From NCBI RefSeq assembly GCF_009914755.1, contig NC_060940.1: a stretch of DNA of 64,000 nucleotides. One strand, given 5' to 3'. A program made the position numbers and the translations under genes. Under the pieces are notes generated by a model that saw nothing but the letters and a program-made list of their open reading frames with translations, was not told where the DNA came from and made no database searches. This document shows positions 1 to 16,399 of this stretch, piece after piece (within the stretch, counting starts at the first letter, position 1; each line of letters begins with the position of its first letter). The DNA comes from the human T2T-CHM13v2.0 reference genome, Homo sapiens.

Positions 1-720
1 TGCATATAGAAAGGGTTTAGTTTGTATATATAATTTAAAGTTAATTTTTTAAACTCTATTTTTAGTAAATTGTGTCATTAATTATGTTAGTGTTTCTATT
101 TATTCTTCTGGGGTTTCCAGATACATTACCATATCAATTGCATATAGATACAATTTACTTCCTTACTTTCAATTTTTATGTGACTAATTGCCTTATCTTG
201 GCTAATATCTTGGGCTAAAATTCCATTCAATATACAGTGTTAAGTAGTGATAATTATATTGGGGATCACTTTACTGATCCTGATTTTGGTGAACAAGTGT
301 TTATTGTTTTCCTATTGAGTAAGAGTTGTGCTTTTGAAGTATCCACTAATTCCTATTTTATTGAGGGTTTCCATTATTTATTTATTTAGACCACAGATGG
401 CTGTTGAATTTTATCCAGTATATTTTCTGGTCTTGTGGACATGAATGTTTTTTCTATCTGGCTGTATAGATATGTTAGGTTACAACAATAAAACTTCTGG
501 TATTGAGTAGCTCTTGAATCCTGGTTAAACTCAAATCAGTCATGATATTTTAATTTTTAATGAAACGTGTACTCATTTTGCTAATTTTCTTTAGAAATTT
601 TCTATCAATATTCATAAATATTAGTCTGTCATTTTCTTTTACATACAATAATTATCACATTTTGGCATCAGTGTTAACACTTGAATGATAAACAACATCT
701 AAATGGCATTACAATTAGGT
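1..720 (-). mobile_element. Old, diverged L1M (ORF2 region) fragment
   Basis: Degenerate antisense L1 ORF2-like text (e.g. 'caatttacttccttactttcaattttt', 'tgttgaattttatcc', 'tttggcatcagtgtt'). Boundaries approximate. Confidence 0.6.
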
Positions 721-3700
721 GATCTTTAAAAATAGTATATAATTAGTGAAAATGTTGGGGATGGGTGCTTTTAGAGAAAGCTTTTTTTTAAATGGTGTTT
801 TAATACTAACTCTATCCTTATTATATTTTTTACTTGTTTTTATATACTAGCAATATTTTGACCCATAAAAGTTTGCTAATTAGCTATCAGCAACTTTTTT
901 TTTACTTTGTACTTAGCAGTAATATACAGTACTATCAAATGCAGTAAGAGATAAGAAAGTATTTCTCCAAGCATAATAAAAGTTCGTATGCAGTTTGACC
1001 CTAGATTTAAAAATACTGTCTAATATTTGAATATTTTCTGATTTACAGCGTCTAAATTCCGATGTTTAATTTAACACAATAATATTATTTTCATTCAGTG
1101 ATTTAAAAGAAAACCTAATGTTTTCTAGATAAAAGATTGAATGATTCAGAAGGCAAATACTTACATTGACAAACTGGCAATAATATTTAGAATGGGCTGT
1201 TAATTGAGGAAGATAATTATTATGTATTTAATATACTAAAATAAAGCTTTTCTGGTGAGGAAAATAATAGTAGCATTATATATTCTGATTATGAAGTCTA
1301 AATAACCTTTCTTTGAAAAGTGAACCCATGAAAATTTTGGCATGAGATATACTAAAAACGAGAAACAAAACCCAAAGTGCCCATAAAGGTCATGAGCTTT
1401 GCATATTGCTTTTTATTCTGAGACCTTCAGCCATTGAATATGCATTGTCATAAGACAAATTCATGGAAGAAGTCTCCAAATACTAGATTGAAGGTTGTCT
1501 CAGCTCACTGAATGTGAACAGAAGAACTGTTATAATATTCATAAGCCAAAGTTAGTCTGAAAAGAAGTTTTTTCAAAAAAGCAGAGCACATTTTATAATA
1601 CATCAAACTACAATATTTATTCATATTCAATAAGCCTAGTTGTGTTTTATGATTAAAGATAATATAAGGTCTTGTATGAATGACATTCTTGATGTACTTG
1701 AAGAAAATAAATGTTTAATGATATAAAAGCTTACAGTTTAAGGGCAGGTTTTTAAAAAGCAGCTTTTAAAAAAGAGTTCAAATTTACTGTTACAAAAAAT
1801 AATACTATTTATGCAAGTCAAGAGTTCCACATTTTTCCTTTAATTTGACAATTTAGTTTTAGTTGTCTGTTTCCTCTAGTATTCCCACCTCTTCCAAGAG
1901 ATTGAAGAAAGTGGTACATCTGTAATCAGATTATAGTCATTAATTTATCCTGAAGGGAAATAGAGAAACACATCCTGAATTTTTGTAGAGACTTGACTTT
2001 TTAGACAGTAGAGAGAGGAATTAAAGTTACCACAGATAAGGTAACTTTCAGCTGTAGAAACTTAACAGTTTTAGCTAAAGCAATGACTCAAATGCTCAAT
2101 TAATTATATACGTACATGAATGCCTATCTATCTCTATACCTATGTCTGTGTCTGTCTATATCTATTTAAGGAAGTAGGAGTTTTTGCCAAGCAAAAAGGA
2201 AATTAATTCCTATAGCAGTTATCTTATTTTACCTGAAATTTGGGTCTCTTAATGAAAATAGAATAACAAAGAGTATTTATTACAAGAGTGGAAGTGAGGG
2301 GATCATAGCGAATGGGAGGCAGGACTAGATTGCAGCTCTGGACAGAGCAGCATGCGAAGCTTGCATTGTGAATTTTACCTCCGAATTGACTGCAAGAGCA
2401 AATCGTCAATCCCAGGAAGACCCACAGGCCCTCTGAAGGAAGTGGACTGCTCCTGCAGGACCCAGGAGACACCCCAAATACTCTGGGAGGTAGGTAGTCT
2501 TGGGCAAGTTTTCAAGCCCAGCTGACCCTCCACCTAGAAACAGGCTCAGGGCTGCTGTGGAGGGCACAGTGGGAGTGAGAGTAGCCCTTCGGTTTGCGTA
2601 GGAGCTAGGTGAGGCCTGTGACTGCCAACTTTCTCCCACTTCCCTGACAACCTGCATGACTCAGCAGAGGCAGTCATAATCCTCCTAGGTACACAACTCC
2701 AGTGACCTGGGAATCTCACCCTCATCCCCTACAGCAGTCGCAGCAAGATCCGCCCAAGGAGAGTCTGAGCTCAGACATGCCTAGCCTTACCCTCACCTGA
2801 TGGTCCTTCCGTATCCACCCTGGTAGCAGAAGACAAAGGGCATATAATCTTGGGAGTTCTAGGGCCCCACACACTGCCAGGCCATCTCCACACTGCTATA
2901 GCTGATGCTGTCTGGAAAGCGCCACCTCCTAGTAGGAGGCCAACTAGCACAAAAACAGACCATTAAACCACCAAAGCTAAGGACCCTCACTGAGCCCAGT
3001 GTGCCCTCCACCATCTCCACCAGAACAGGCACTGGTATCCACAGGTGAGAGACCCATAGACGGCTCACATCACAGGACTCTGTGCAGACAACCCCCAGTA
3101 CCTTCCCAGAGCCAGGTAGACTTGCTGGGTAGCTAGACCCAGAAGTGAGACAACAATCTCTGCAGTTCAGCTCACAGGAAGCCACATCCATAGGAAAAGG
3201 GGTAGAATACAACATCAAGGGAACACCCCATGGGACAAAAGAATCTGAACAACAGCCTTCAGCTCTAGACCTTCCCTCTGACAGAGCCTACCCAAATGTG
3301 AAGGAACAAGAAAACCAACCCTGGTAATACAGACAAAACAAGACTCTTCATCACCCCCGAAAAAATCACACTAGCTCACCAGCAGCGGATCCAAACAAAG
3401 AAGAAATCCCTGATTTACCTGAAAAAGAATTCAGGTCAGTTAATAAGCTAATCAAGGAGAAACCAGAGAAAGGTGAAGCCCAGTGCAAGGAAATCCAAAA
3501 AATGATACAAGAAGTGAAGGGAGAAATATTCAAGGAAATAGATAGCTTAAAGAAAAAACAGTCAAACATTCAGGAAACTTTGGACACACTTTTAGAAATG
3601 TGAAATGCTCTGGAAAGTCTCAGCAATAGAATTGATCAAGTAGAAGAAAGAAATTCAGAGCTCAAAGACAAGGTCTTCGAATTAACTGAATCCAACAAAG

Positions 3701-6137
3701 ACAAGAAAAAAGAATCAGAAAATATGAACAAAGCCTCCAAGAATTCTGAGATTATATTAAGTGACCAAACCTAAGAATAATCGGTGTTCTTGAGGAAGAA
3801 GAGACTTCTAAAAGCCTGGAAACCATTTTTGCGGGAATAATCGAGGAAAACTCCCCTGGCCTTGCAAGAGACCTGGACAAAGAACACTTGGCAAATTCAT
3901 CGCATAAAGATCTTTGCCTGTGCACATTGTCATCAGGTTATCCAAAGTTAAGAAAAGTGAGAGGGAGTAGCTATTCTTTTATCACACAAAACAAACTTTA
4001 AAGCAACAGCGGTTAAATCAGGAAGAATTAGATACCCTGAACAGACCAGTAACAAGCAGCGCAATTGAAATGGTGATTTAAAAATTACCAACAAAAAAAG
4101 TCCAGGACCAGATGATTCACAGCAGAATTCTACCAGACATTCAAAGAAGAATTGGTATCAATCCTTTTGACACTATTCCACAAGATAGATAAAGAAGGAA
4201 CCCTCCTTAATTCGTTCTATGAATCCAGCATCACCCTAATACCAAAACCGGGAAAGGACATAAGCAATAAAGAAAACTACATAACCGATGTTTTTGATGA
4301 ACATAGATGCTAAAATCCTTAACAAAATACTAGCGAGCCAAATCCAACAACATATCAAAAAGGTAATCCACCATGATCAAGTAAGTTTCATACCAGGGAT
4401 GCAGGGGTGGTTTAACATACACAAGTCAATAAATGTGATACACCACATAAACAGAATTAAAAGCAAAAATCACATGATCATCTCAATAGATGCAGAAAAG
4501 CATTAGACAAACTCCAGCATCCCTTTATAATTAAAACTCTCAGCAAAATTGGCATACAAGGGACATACCTTAATGTAATAAAAGCCATCTATGACAGACC
4601 CAAAGACAACATATTACTGAATGGGGAGAAGTTGAAAGTGTTCCCTCTGAGAACTGGAAAAAGACAAGGATGCCCACTCTCACCACTCCTCTTCAACATA
4701 GTACTGAAAGTCCTAGCCAGAGCAGTCAGAGAAGAGAAAGAAAGAAAGAAAGAAAGGGCATCCAAATCGGTAAAGAGGAAGTCAAACTGTCATTGTTTGC
4801 TGACGATATGATCGTTTACCTTGAAAACCCTAAGGACTCCTCCAGAAAGCTCCTTGAACTGATAAAAGAACTCGGCAAAGCTTCCGGATACAAGATTGAT
4901 GTACACACTCAGTAGCTCTTCTGTACACCAACAGTGACCAAGCAGAGGATCAAATTAAGAACTCAACCCCTTTTACGATAGCTGCAAAAAAAAAAAAAAT
5001 TGAATATACCTAACGAAGGAGTCAAAAGACCCTTATAAGGAAAACTACAAAACACTGCTGAAAGAAATAATAGATGACACAAACAGATGGAAACACATCC
5101 CATGCTCACGGATGGATGGAATTAACATTGTGAAAATAACCATACTGCCAAAAGCAATCTAAAAATTCAATGCAATCTTCATCAGAACACCTCCATCATT
5201 TTTCACAGAATTAGAAAAAACAATTCTAAAATTCATATGGAACCAAAAAAGAGCCCACACAGCCAAAGCAAACTAAGCAAAAAGAACAAATCTAAAGGCC
5301 TCACACTACCTGATATCAAACTATACAATAAGGCCATAGTCTCCAAAACACTGTGGTACTGGTATAAAGATAGGCACAATGGAACAGAAAGAGAATCCAG
5401 AAATGAACCCAAATACTTACAGCCAACTTACCTTCAACAAAGCAAACAAAAATACAAAGTGGGGAAAGAACACCTTTTCAACAAATGGTGCTGGGATAAT
5501 TGGCTAGCCACATGTAGGAGAATAAAACTGGATCCTCATCTCTCACCTTATACAAAAATCAACTCAAGATGGATTAAGGACTTAAACTTAAGACCTGAAA
5601 CTATAAAAATTCTAGAAGATAACGTTGGAAAAACCTTTGTAGACATTGGCTTAGGTAAGCATTTCATGACCAAGAACCCAAAAACAAATGTAATAAAAAC
5701 AAAGATAAATAGCTGGGACCTAATTAAACTAAAGAGCTTTTGCACAGCAAAAGAAACACTCAGCAGAGTAAACAGACAACCCACAGAGTGGGAGAAAATC
5801 TTCACAATCTACACATCTGACAAAGGACTGATATCCAGAATCTACAATGAACTCAAATCGGTAAGAACAAAACAATCCCATCAAAAAGTGGGCTAAGGAC
5901 ATGAATAGACAATTCTCAAATGGCCAACAAACATATGAAAAAATGCTCAACATCACTAACAATCAGGGAAGTGTAAATCAAAACCTGCAAGAATGGCCAT
6001 AATAATAAAATCAAAAAACAGTAGATGTTGGTGTGGATGTGGTGAACAGGGAACATAACTATACTGCTGGTGGGAATGTAAACTAGTAAAGCCACTATGG
6101 AAAACAGTGCAGAGATTCCTTAAAGAGCTAAAAGTGG

Positions 6138-6567
<430 letters not shown>

Positions 6568-6696
6568 TAGAAAAAGAAGTCATTATTCGAAAAAGATACT
6601 TTCACATGCATGTTTATAGCAGCACAATTCACAATTGCAAAATCATGGAACCAACCCAAATGCCCATCAATCGACGAGTGGCTAAAGAAACAGCTG

Positions 6697-6864
6697 TGTA
6701 TATGTATATATATAATATATACATATATAATAATATATAATATATACATATATAATAATATATATAGTATACGTACATATATGTATATATGTATACTATA
6801 ATATGTAAAATAATATACAATAACATAATATATAATATATAATAATATATACATATATTTTATA
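6697..6864. repeat. (TA)n-rich low-complexity expansion within the L1PB 3' region
   Basis: Run of tata/taca/ataat units interrupting L1 sequence. Confidence 0.9.
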
Positions 6865-8936
6865 TGATGGAATGCTGTGCAGCCATAAAAAGGAATGAAT
6901 TAACAGCATTTGCAGGGACCTGGGTAAGAGTGGAGACTATTATTCTAAGCGAAGTAACTCAGGAATGGAAAACCAAACATCGTATGTTCTCACTGATATG
7001 TGGGAGCTAAGCTGTGAGAACGCAAAGGCATAAAAATGTTATAATGGGCTTGGGGGACTTTGCGGGAAGAGTGGGAAGGGGGCGAGGAATAAAAGGCTGC
7101 AAATATGGTGCAGTGTATACTGCTTGGGTGATAGGTACACCAAAATCTCACAAATCACCACTAGAGAACTATGTAACCAAATACTACCTGTACCCCAAAA
7201 CCTTATGGAAAAATGATAAATTGTCAATAAATAAAAAAAATAGTGGAAGTGTTCAGAAAAAGGTAGAGAAAGTTCCTTTAAATTGACTTAACATTGATAT
7301 TATCACTGAATATGCACAATGTATTAATTATACATAGAATAAGAATGTACTGGGAAGTCTAAACAGCAGAGATCTGAATTAATAGGTAGGATGTAGTCAG
7401 ATTCCATGCTAACTCACATTTAAAAGGTTTTTCATTATCTCAAAATAGAATAAAACATAGTTTGTTATTATCCATGGTAATCAAAAATATAGCTAGCGTA
7501 ATGGATAAGTAATCCCTGAACCTCACCATAGGTCATGGTTTAGCTACCATCACAAAAACTTATCCAGAGCTGAAACTAAGGCACTAAACAGTCTCAGGTA
7601 ACTTCTACTCTCCTTTCTTCTCATCATCCTTTGATTGGAAAGACAGAGTTCAAGTGGCTTATAGGAAATTTGCGGATAAGCAAGTATGCTTGTATAATGA
7701 CAACACGAAAATACAAGTGTCTGGAGAAGCCAACTTGATATTTTTCACAATTAATGTAGAATACGCTGTCAGAAGGAGACCACCTATTTAAAACTTTTCT
7801 TACTTATAAGTTGATTCATAACATTTAGAATTTGAAGCAGCGTGTAGGCAACGATTTGTAAACCACCACCTATGGATGGAGACATTGGAAGTCATCATTT
7901 GGGGTGCTGTTCATGTGATCTATAAAATTGACTGGAGAATATTTACAGGATCAACACATTTCATTTCATCCAAAGGTGACAGTAGGCCCTGACTTTATGT
8001 ATCAGTTTCTACTAACTTTGAAAATCAATCCATCAGGCCACTCCATTTCCCGTAGCAAATATTTAACCAACGTCATCAATGTCTCAAAGCACATAGTGTA
8101 TGTTCAAGCACGGTGGTATTTAATACAATATTACTGAGGAACATTTTGGGTCTCAGTAAATAATGAATACAAAGATAACTATGCTCAAAGAAATTTACAA
8201 ATAGTTCCTCTCTCAGAGATGGTACAATTTTTGTGCTTGTCAAATGAAAACAGTAATACTGGTTCAATTCTTTTTACTCTTTGTGAAACAGTAGCTACCA
8301 AAGGTTTATTTTTTTTTCTTTGGGTGATATTTCTAGATGAAGTGAAGTGCCTGAAAATTTCTTTTAATTTATTTGCAAAGCCGAATTCAGCACCATGATT
8401 CATTGTAACTGCTTCAGAACACCATGTGAGAATAAAAAATAAAAACTCAGTAGAAAGGAAAATTCAAAGCAAGCTGTTTGTTAGAATCAATTTTTTTTTT
8501 TTTTGCAAGCATAGCACTTCAATCTCAATAGTGTTTCAAAGCCTCCAAAGCTTATAATGGTGTTGATACATATATTTGTTCCTCTCTGAAAATAACAGTC
8601 CAAGAGATAATGAAACCATAATTTCAAAATATTGCAACCAATATAAAATGGCTACATGTGTGATTCTGAAACACTCTATATGAGCACTGTCTGTAAAATA
8701 ATCATGTATTAAACACAAGGAGTAAGGAAAAATAATTTTTTTAAAGGGAAGGCAAAGCAAGGAAATACTCAATATTGTGAAATAGCACTCTATTCAAATC
8801 AACGTTTCATTAATCCAACTTGAATAAACTTAATTCCCTCCCACATCTTAATCAAGACAGCCTTGAAAGGATAGAAACTTGGAGATGGAGTTAAAAGTCA
8901 GTGAATTTAGCAAAGCCAATTTGTTCCTTTATGTAA

Positions 8937-9261
<325 letters not shown>

Positions 9262-10229
9262 ATATCAAAGGCCTTTTCTATCACACAGGAGTGCAATTTT
9301 AAACCCTTTTAGTATAGTCTTTAGATGATTGTGGAAAAATTGTATCTGTCGGTTTGTACATGCATACTCATAAGCGCATTACACAGTATATTTACTTGCA
9401 GCTGGCGTACATTGGGTGAAAAGGGGAGAGCTAACACTTATTTTTAAGTTTGGTTTTCTTTCTCATTTATCAAAGGGTTAAAATGAGGTTCCAGTTGTAG
9501 GTATGGTTGAATACAAAGTTTTGTTTGTATGTTTGTTATTTATGGATTCTCTCCAATATTTTTTGAAGTTCTTGGGAGTCTTCCAAAACATCGGTTGGAA
9601 ATCAGTATGACAGTCCTAAGTTTCTTGTTTTATTAGTGGGAAGACTGGAGGTTAAATGACTTACCAAATACTATGTAATTGGCAGATGAACTTCTGAGAC
9701 CAGCATCAGGGTCCTACTTTACCACACTGAAGAAACTTATTTTGACCTTTATTCTTGTGCCAGCAAGGCTTTCACTAGTTTTATTTCCCTTTAGTTTAAA
9801 AATATGTAACTGCCATTTTAAGATTTGAATTTAATTCTTCATGCAACACACTCTGTGATATAAAACAAAAATGAACATGTATCTTTTAAAAATTAGTATC
9901 ATTTTGGACCTGGTGCTTTTGTTTCTTCTCCCCTTCAATACCTTCAGTAAACATTTCACAGTGAAATATTTCAAACTGTTTTCCAAAACCCTTTATTATG
10001 ACATAATTGGTTTATAAATTTAGACTTGTTTGAAATTCTAATACCATAAGGAATGTATTAAAAGCCACACTCAGAAGAAAATCAATAAATGCATACAAAA
10101 TATTTTTAATAATCTAAATCTACATATACTTTTTGTTTTCTGTACACACACGTGTATATGTATATGTATATATGTGTATATATAAGTGTGTGTGTACAGA
10201 GAACAAATATATATAGACAAATTACAGAC

Positions 10230-10560
10230 TAAAAAATGTAAGTTAAATGATAAATAATAAACTGGAAAAATTTGCAACACATATGAAGATTTATTTTCTT
10301 GATTTGCAAAGAGCTTACACAAAACTGACAAAGTAAAATAACATACATATACACACATATCCGTATGCATACACACATATTTATGCAGATTCCAGAAAAG
10401 TAAGTATTAAAGAGAATACCATAAAGAAAAGATGTGGTAGTACACAAAACAGATTCTCTAAGAAGATGAAAAAATGATTTTATACCACTTGGTATCAAAG
10501 TGTTCACAATCTCTACTACATAATGATGTATGTAAAATTAAAAATCCTGCCAGTGATCAG
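10230..10560 (+). mobile_element. Old L1ME-like ORF2 3' fragment with CA/TA-rich tracts
   Basis: 'actggaaaaatttgcaacacatatga...tgcaaagagcttacacaaaa' resembles the late ORF2 of old L1. Highly diverged. Confidence 0.45.
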
Positions 10561-11819
10561 GATTGGGAATGATCCAGCAGATTCAACAGGGAGACAACTA
10601 TAAGTAGGTTTGGAAAGAGTAGATTTATGATATAAAATACTTCACATAGAAATCACTTTACATAAAAATGTAATGATATGCAAAGTTTTTTCCTAGAAAC
10701 TGCTTTAAAATGTTTAAAGCATTTAAAAGAGAAAACTGGAATTGAGATGTCTAAAGATTATATATATTTAGAAAAATATTTTACTGATTCTAAAAATAGA
10801 GGGCGTTTACTAGCTAGTTCAATATGTGTATGTGTACACATCCATACACAGAAGCTAGTACACATACATATATTGCATCTGTAAATTTATTTGTATAAAT
10901 GCATATTACTCTAACGTAGATATTTATATTGGTGTAATTATATGCGAGATTGACGTTCACAGAATAAAACATGGAATCTTATAACAACACTTGGGAATTT
11001 TTAATTTCTGAGATACCCCATTGCCCATGGTTAGAAACCACTTCATGTGGATCTGCAATTAATTTTGTAAACAAAGCTTTTTAATTTGCTTTAAAATTTT
11101 TGATATACATTTAAATTGTTGCTCAAAGCAAATTTACATAAAACCTTTGAACTTCTCTGAATTAAATCACATACCCTTGGAAGTAAATTAGGACCTGTGA
11201 GAGCTCTTATTGACTGACTTTCAGAGTAGGTGTGTTCATTTATATTTCTTTGAGTGTTTTGTCATTTCCAAGTTAAAAAATTTTTAGATTAGAATTTTAC
11301 ATTTCAGGAGTTTTAATGAGCAACTTTTAGTCATAAAAATCACAGCCAATAATTTTTAGGTAGACATGGTTTTCTTGGAGTTGTTTTAATAAACTATACT
11401 CATTTTTAGCGAACACCTTTCTATGTAGTATCCAACTCACTGATTTTGCAAGCTCCTGAGTCAAGTAATCATGTGAAAATACTCGCATTGTTTAATTATT
11501 GAAGGGGTAAAATAATAATTTTATTGATGGCATTTGAAATTTAATAAGATTTCTGCAATGTATTTTGGAAGCCTTAAAATATATACTATATCATTGTTTT
11601 CAGAGGGTGGAAATTTTAGGAGTTGCTGCTTTTGAATGTCTTCATTGCTTCACATATTATTTTCTATTATATGTTTTAACAATGAAGACATTTAAATGAT
11701 TCTTTATAAATGCATGTCACTTATATTTCATATTTAAAATGTTCAAGGAAACAGTCCAACACAAAGATGTCTTTTATTACTTCCTCACTACCTGTTACTG
11801 CTATGCAACAATTTACATC

Positions 11820-12670
11820 CTTTTTTAAATTTTTCCTGATTTAAGGCAACTCCATCCTTCCAATAGCTCAGGTCAAAATCCTTGTGGTCGTCCTTGATGC
11901 CTGTTTCTCTCTCATACTCTCCATTCAATTTGTCTGCATAATCTGTCAGCGATGTGTCATAATACCCCAGAAACCAGCCACTCTCAGAAACCAGCGTTCC
12001 CTGCTGCCCGCAGTGTCTGAGTAGCCTTCTCTTTGCCTGCGTCACTGTAGTAGACTCCTAACATCCAGCCTTTGGCTTTTGTCTTGCTCCCGTCAGTTTC
12101 TTCTCAGCACGACCACTAGAGTGGTTCTGCAAATATAAAAACTAGCTCTTCACACTCTCCTGTGTCTGCCCATTTCATTCAGGGTCTTGCATGGCTCATG
12201 AAGCTCTCAGGGTGCCCCCAACACCATCTCCCACCTCATCTTGACTCTCCCACCTGCTCTCTGTAGTCCAGCCACAACTGGCCTCACTACTGTTCTTTGG
12301 ACACTCCAAACATGTTCTCACTTGAGGCCATTGGACCTGGCTCTTTCATCTGATATGAATGCCTTTTCCCAGAAAGAATCAAGTTTGCAATACATCCTAG
12401 TATGTCCACAAGATTTAGAATTTTACCACCACCTCCAAGAATCCCACACTGTATTTTTTAAACACCTGACTCTGCTTTGCTGTTCTCATTATTCATATAG
12501 TATTTATCAATGTCTAATATCTTATGTGATATATTTATTTGCTTTTTTTTTTGTAATCTATCTTGCTTTTTAATGATACATGCTACCGTGAGGTTAAAAA
12601 GTCACCAATACTCCCAAAGCACAGTACCACGGATATAGTATGTGCTGAATAGATATTTGAATAAATACAT
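11820..12670 (+). mobile_element. L2 (L2a-like) 3' portion
   Basis: Typical L2 motifs 'ggcaactccatccttccaatagctcaggtcaaaatccttg' and 'gccacaactggcctc', and 3' end 'atagtatgtgctgaatagatatttgaataaat'. Confidence 0.8.
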
Positions 12671-15651
12671 TTCAGTGTCTTTATCTTAATATTCACCCGA
12701 AATTCTATTTAGTAATAACACTCTAGATATCATCATGATAAGATAGTAAACCTAAATGACTTTGGATGTTAGATATAAAAATACTAATTTTTTTCTCAGT
12801 AGAACTTTGACAGAGTAATTATTAAATACCAACTGGAATATTAAGGGCAGCTTACAGCTTAAGGTCCCTTACACAATAGCTAGCCTTGTTTTATATACTG
12901 CAGGGGCTTGTCTATTCAATAGAAGAGATAGAAAGGCTCACCAACATGAAATATGAATAGTCCATGAAGTTCTCACAAAGACATAGACATGGCCAGAAGA
13001 GGATTCTTGTAACTTTGGATCAAGCTGTAAATTAATTAGGAAATTAATTTAACATTTCTAGAATGGGAGAATGGATGTGATTTATAAAACAATGAAGGCA
13101 TTTATTTCAGGCTGAGGCTAGACATTATGGAAAGGTACAAAAATGGTAAATCTGGGGATCTTCATGAACTAGAGGACATGAATTGGTGAGGAATGAAAAG
13201 TGAGTGTCCTTAGACAAGAAATGGTCAGTTTGTGATACACTTTTTCAGCCATGACAAGATTTTCTCTGATGTGTTTAAAAATCATGAATGTTGCAATGTT
13301 AAGACTAAGTAAAGTAACTGAAAAAATTGCTAATTCTTATATGTAATTACACTATAAGTTTTTAGTACCTGTTTCTGAGCCAAATTGATATTAATAATTT
13401 TAAAATACCGTAATTGTAAGAGTAATTTGTTACACTAAATCTTTTGATACATGAATTAAAAAATTGTATTTTCAATATAATTAATTTATATAACATGTAT
13501 TATATAAAGTTACAATTATGTATATATCTTAATAAATATTAAGACTTAAATCATTCATGTGATTTATATGAGACTAAATAATTTGTACATCATCATATAT
13601 ATCTGATGGGTCTAATCCCTAGGTAGTGTAATTTTAGATAAAATTATCATTCTACTTGAAATTCTAAATTTAAGTTAAACTTAGAAAAAAAGCAGAGGTC
13701 ACTTTGAATTGGTTTTGGGTACGTGGTTTTGGGTAAGTAAAACTATCTAGGGGATCATACATTTCTTGTACACAAGAGAAAAGTTAATGCATTTACTATT
13801 CATATGGCATAAAAATAACTATTCATATTGCAATGAAGTATTTTTCTTTAGAATATTAGAATAGTCAAGCATTACATCTCTTTCTGTAAATAAGGTATAA
13901 ATATTTTCAGTCAATGAAAGTCATCACTTCTATTTGGATCAAAATTCCCAAGGATAAACTTTATATTAAATTTTCATCATTAAAAATGGCCTATTTCTAT
14001 AGAGATTATCAAACATTAAGATGGCATAATTCAGAATAAACAACTTGCCTAATTGAAACCTGACTACAGTACTAGGTGTTATCTCTATTTATATTTTATG
14101 GTTTGCTTCTTTTAATTTTCTCTTTTGCTTCTGAGGGAATTTAAAAAGCATTTAAAATTAGCTTCTAGCTTTCAATAGCAGCTAGAAGGACATGTGTGCG
14201 GATAGCATTGGTATCAATTAAAATTCTGATCATTCCTTTTTTGCCCCTAAGAGTAAGATCAGCATTTTTAGAATGGGAATAAAAAGGCAAAGCTAAACAA
14301 TATTCTAGTTATTTCCTCAAAATTGAAATTGCAAGAAATTAAACAGGAGTTTAATTAACACACTGTTTTGAGCCTTTTTAGGTAAGTTCTGAGAGGAATG
14401 CTCTTGAAAAGTAGTGGTTCAGGTTTGCTTTCTGTGAATGAGGTTTGGTTTTCAGAACTTCATTCAATAGTAATTTAATTACTAAGATAGACTAATTTTA
14501 GCCTTGGGAGATAGTATTTGTGCAAAGTATTTATTTACTCTTCTCCTGAAACTTACTTGAAAACAAAACCTTGCTATACCTCTTCTCACAAGCCTCTCAT
14601 CCTAGATTGTTCCTGTATTTGTGGCTAAAAGCTCTATGAAAATTTACTGTAAAAGTTCATTTTTCTGCAGTTACCAAGGAGGAATTTCAATTGCACATGA
14701 TACCCAAAGCCAGTTCATCTCAAGAAAGGGTTGAGGAGAATGAGAGGAAAGGCAGTTAGGTCACTAAAAATTGATTCTATTACTCTTGCCATGTGTTTAT
14801 GACAGCATGTCCTAAAGTTGTTCTGTACTTTTCTTCAGATATAAAGATTAATTTTAATGGAATAGAATATCAATCTATTAATTATAAATTTATAATTTAA
14901 TTTATTTATGTCTGTCTCTTTTTTGTCTCTCAGTGGTTGATTAATTCATGTTAATATACTGTGGGCCATAAAGTATGCATTTAAAAGTTGGATACCGTTC
15001 ACTGCATAAGTTGGATAGAGAAAATTGAACAATATATAAATTTAGCTAGTGGAAATTGATGACAGAACAGTATTTAAAAAAAACACTTGCAGCCTTAATA
15101 AACTACCCGTCAACAATGATGATGACTTCTCACTCATGCTAGAGGTGATAAACGTGCAGATGTATAAATGAGAGATGAGCTGACAATGAACAGACTTAGA
15201 AATTAACAGCATTCTAGGTTATTACAGAGAATGGTTATCAAGCCCAGTGGACACTCCACATGTTTCAATTAAGATCAAGCTATTAGAAATGACTCACTGG
15301 AAGGTAGTAACTCAACTTCTAAAAAAAGTAGTATCTCTAGGAAATCTCCTTTAAAGAAAGCCAGAGGCAGAAGGAAGGCATTAATATATTAATGATTCAT
15401 ATTACAGATTCAGATGACTCAAAAATGTCATTCATGGCTCAATTTTTTAAAGCATGACTTAAGTATTGAAATCTAGAATAAGCTGCTGTTAGTCCAAATA
15501 TCGGTTAAATGTGTCTTAAGCAGGAAAAAAAGTGACACATTAAGAATCGGCTGAAGAGTGATTAACGAAAACATACTTGCCAAGACACTAGTAGGTTTAA
15601 GGTAATCCTACAAAGGATGCTAATGTATTTTGGGAAGCAAGAAACCTTAAT

Positions 15652-15856
15652 TCAGTTGGATGCTGGTTCGTGTTTATCAACTGGCTCTGGTGACAGGGAG
15701 TGGGGCTCTGATTTATAACATGTGCCAATTTCTGCCATGTAAATATTCCCGCTGTGGCTGATTTTAGACTGTGTTTAACAATCACCTCATAAAATTCCTG
15801 ACAATTTGACAATTGCATCTTATAAGCCACTGGAGTCAGCTCTTGCACAGCACTGG
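15652..15856. mobile_element. MER63-like hAT DNA-transposon relic
   Basis: Ends resemble cagtggtgtgctgg / ccagcacaccactg termini. Core 'gccaatttctgccatgtaaatattcccgctgtggctgatttt'. Confidence 0.6.
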
Positions 15857-15909
15857 CCAGAAGGGGCAGAGGGAGGGAGCTCTGCTAGTGACTGATGACT
15901 CACATTTTG

Positions 15910-16135
15910 CAGTTTAGAAAGTGAGGTTTTAATCCTGACTTTGCTAGTTATTTGCCTGGCAACTTTGAACAAGTTATGCATATTTACTGAGCTGAAGTTT
16001 TGTCACCAGTAAAATGGTACTAATGGCTTTACTAACATCATAAAGTTAGTGTAATGATTAAATAAGGTGATGCATGTAAAACATTTTGAAGAATATCTGA
16101 CAAAGAGTAATTTTTTAACAAGTAGTATTTATTGC
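15910..16135 (+). mobile_element. MIR
   Basis: MIR core 'aatcctgactttgc...actttgaacaagttat...gtaaaatgg...gattaaataaggtgatgcatgtaaaac'. Confidence 0.8.
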
Positions 16136-16399
16136 CTATTTATTGCCCATACATGCAAGCCTCCATTTATTATGAGAATTACAGCTATTACATTTTTAAT
16201 GCTTTTGCTTGAGGTGTGCCTATAATTTTATTTCTGTTAATCACAGACCGCTCTTAAAAATAAATTCTCACTGACTTGAAAGTCAAATACATATCAATTT
16301 TAGTTTCCCAAAGCTCATGTAGTTTAATGTTGTTATTTTTAATTGTCATCCTGTAGATGAAAGCAAACAATAACACTCTAATGAATATTTAAGTATGGC

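Noticed and set aside
4288-5896. RT-like ORFs as an active retroelement or novel RT system
   Set aside because: They are frameshifted, stop-containing pieces of an old L1PB that lacks most of its endonuclease.
14230-14390. Possible exon ending at the strong donor AG|GTAAGT (14381/14382)
   Set aside because: Isolated splice-like motifs are common by chance. There is no recognisable coding frame or partner exon.
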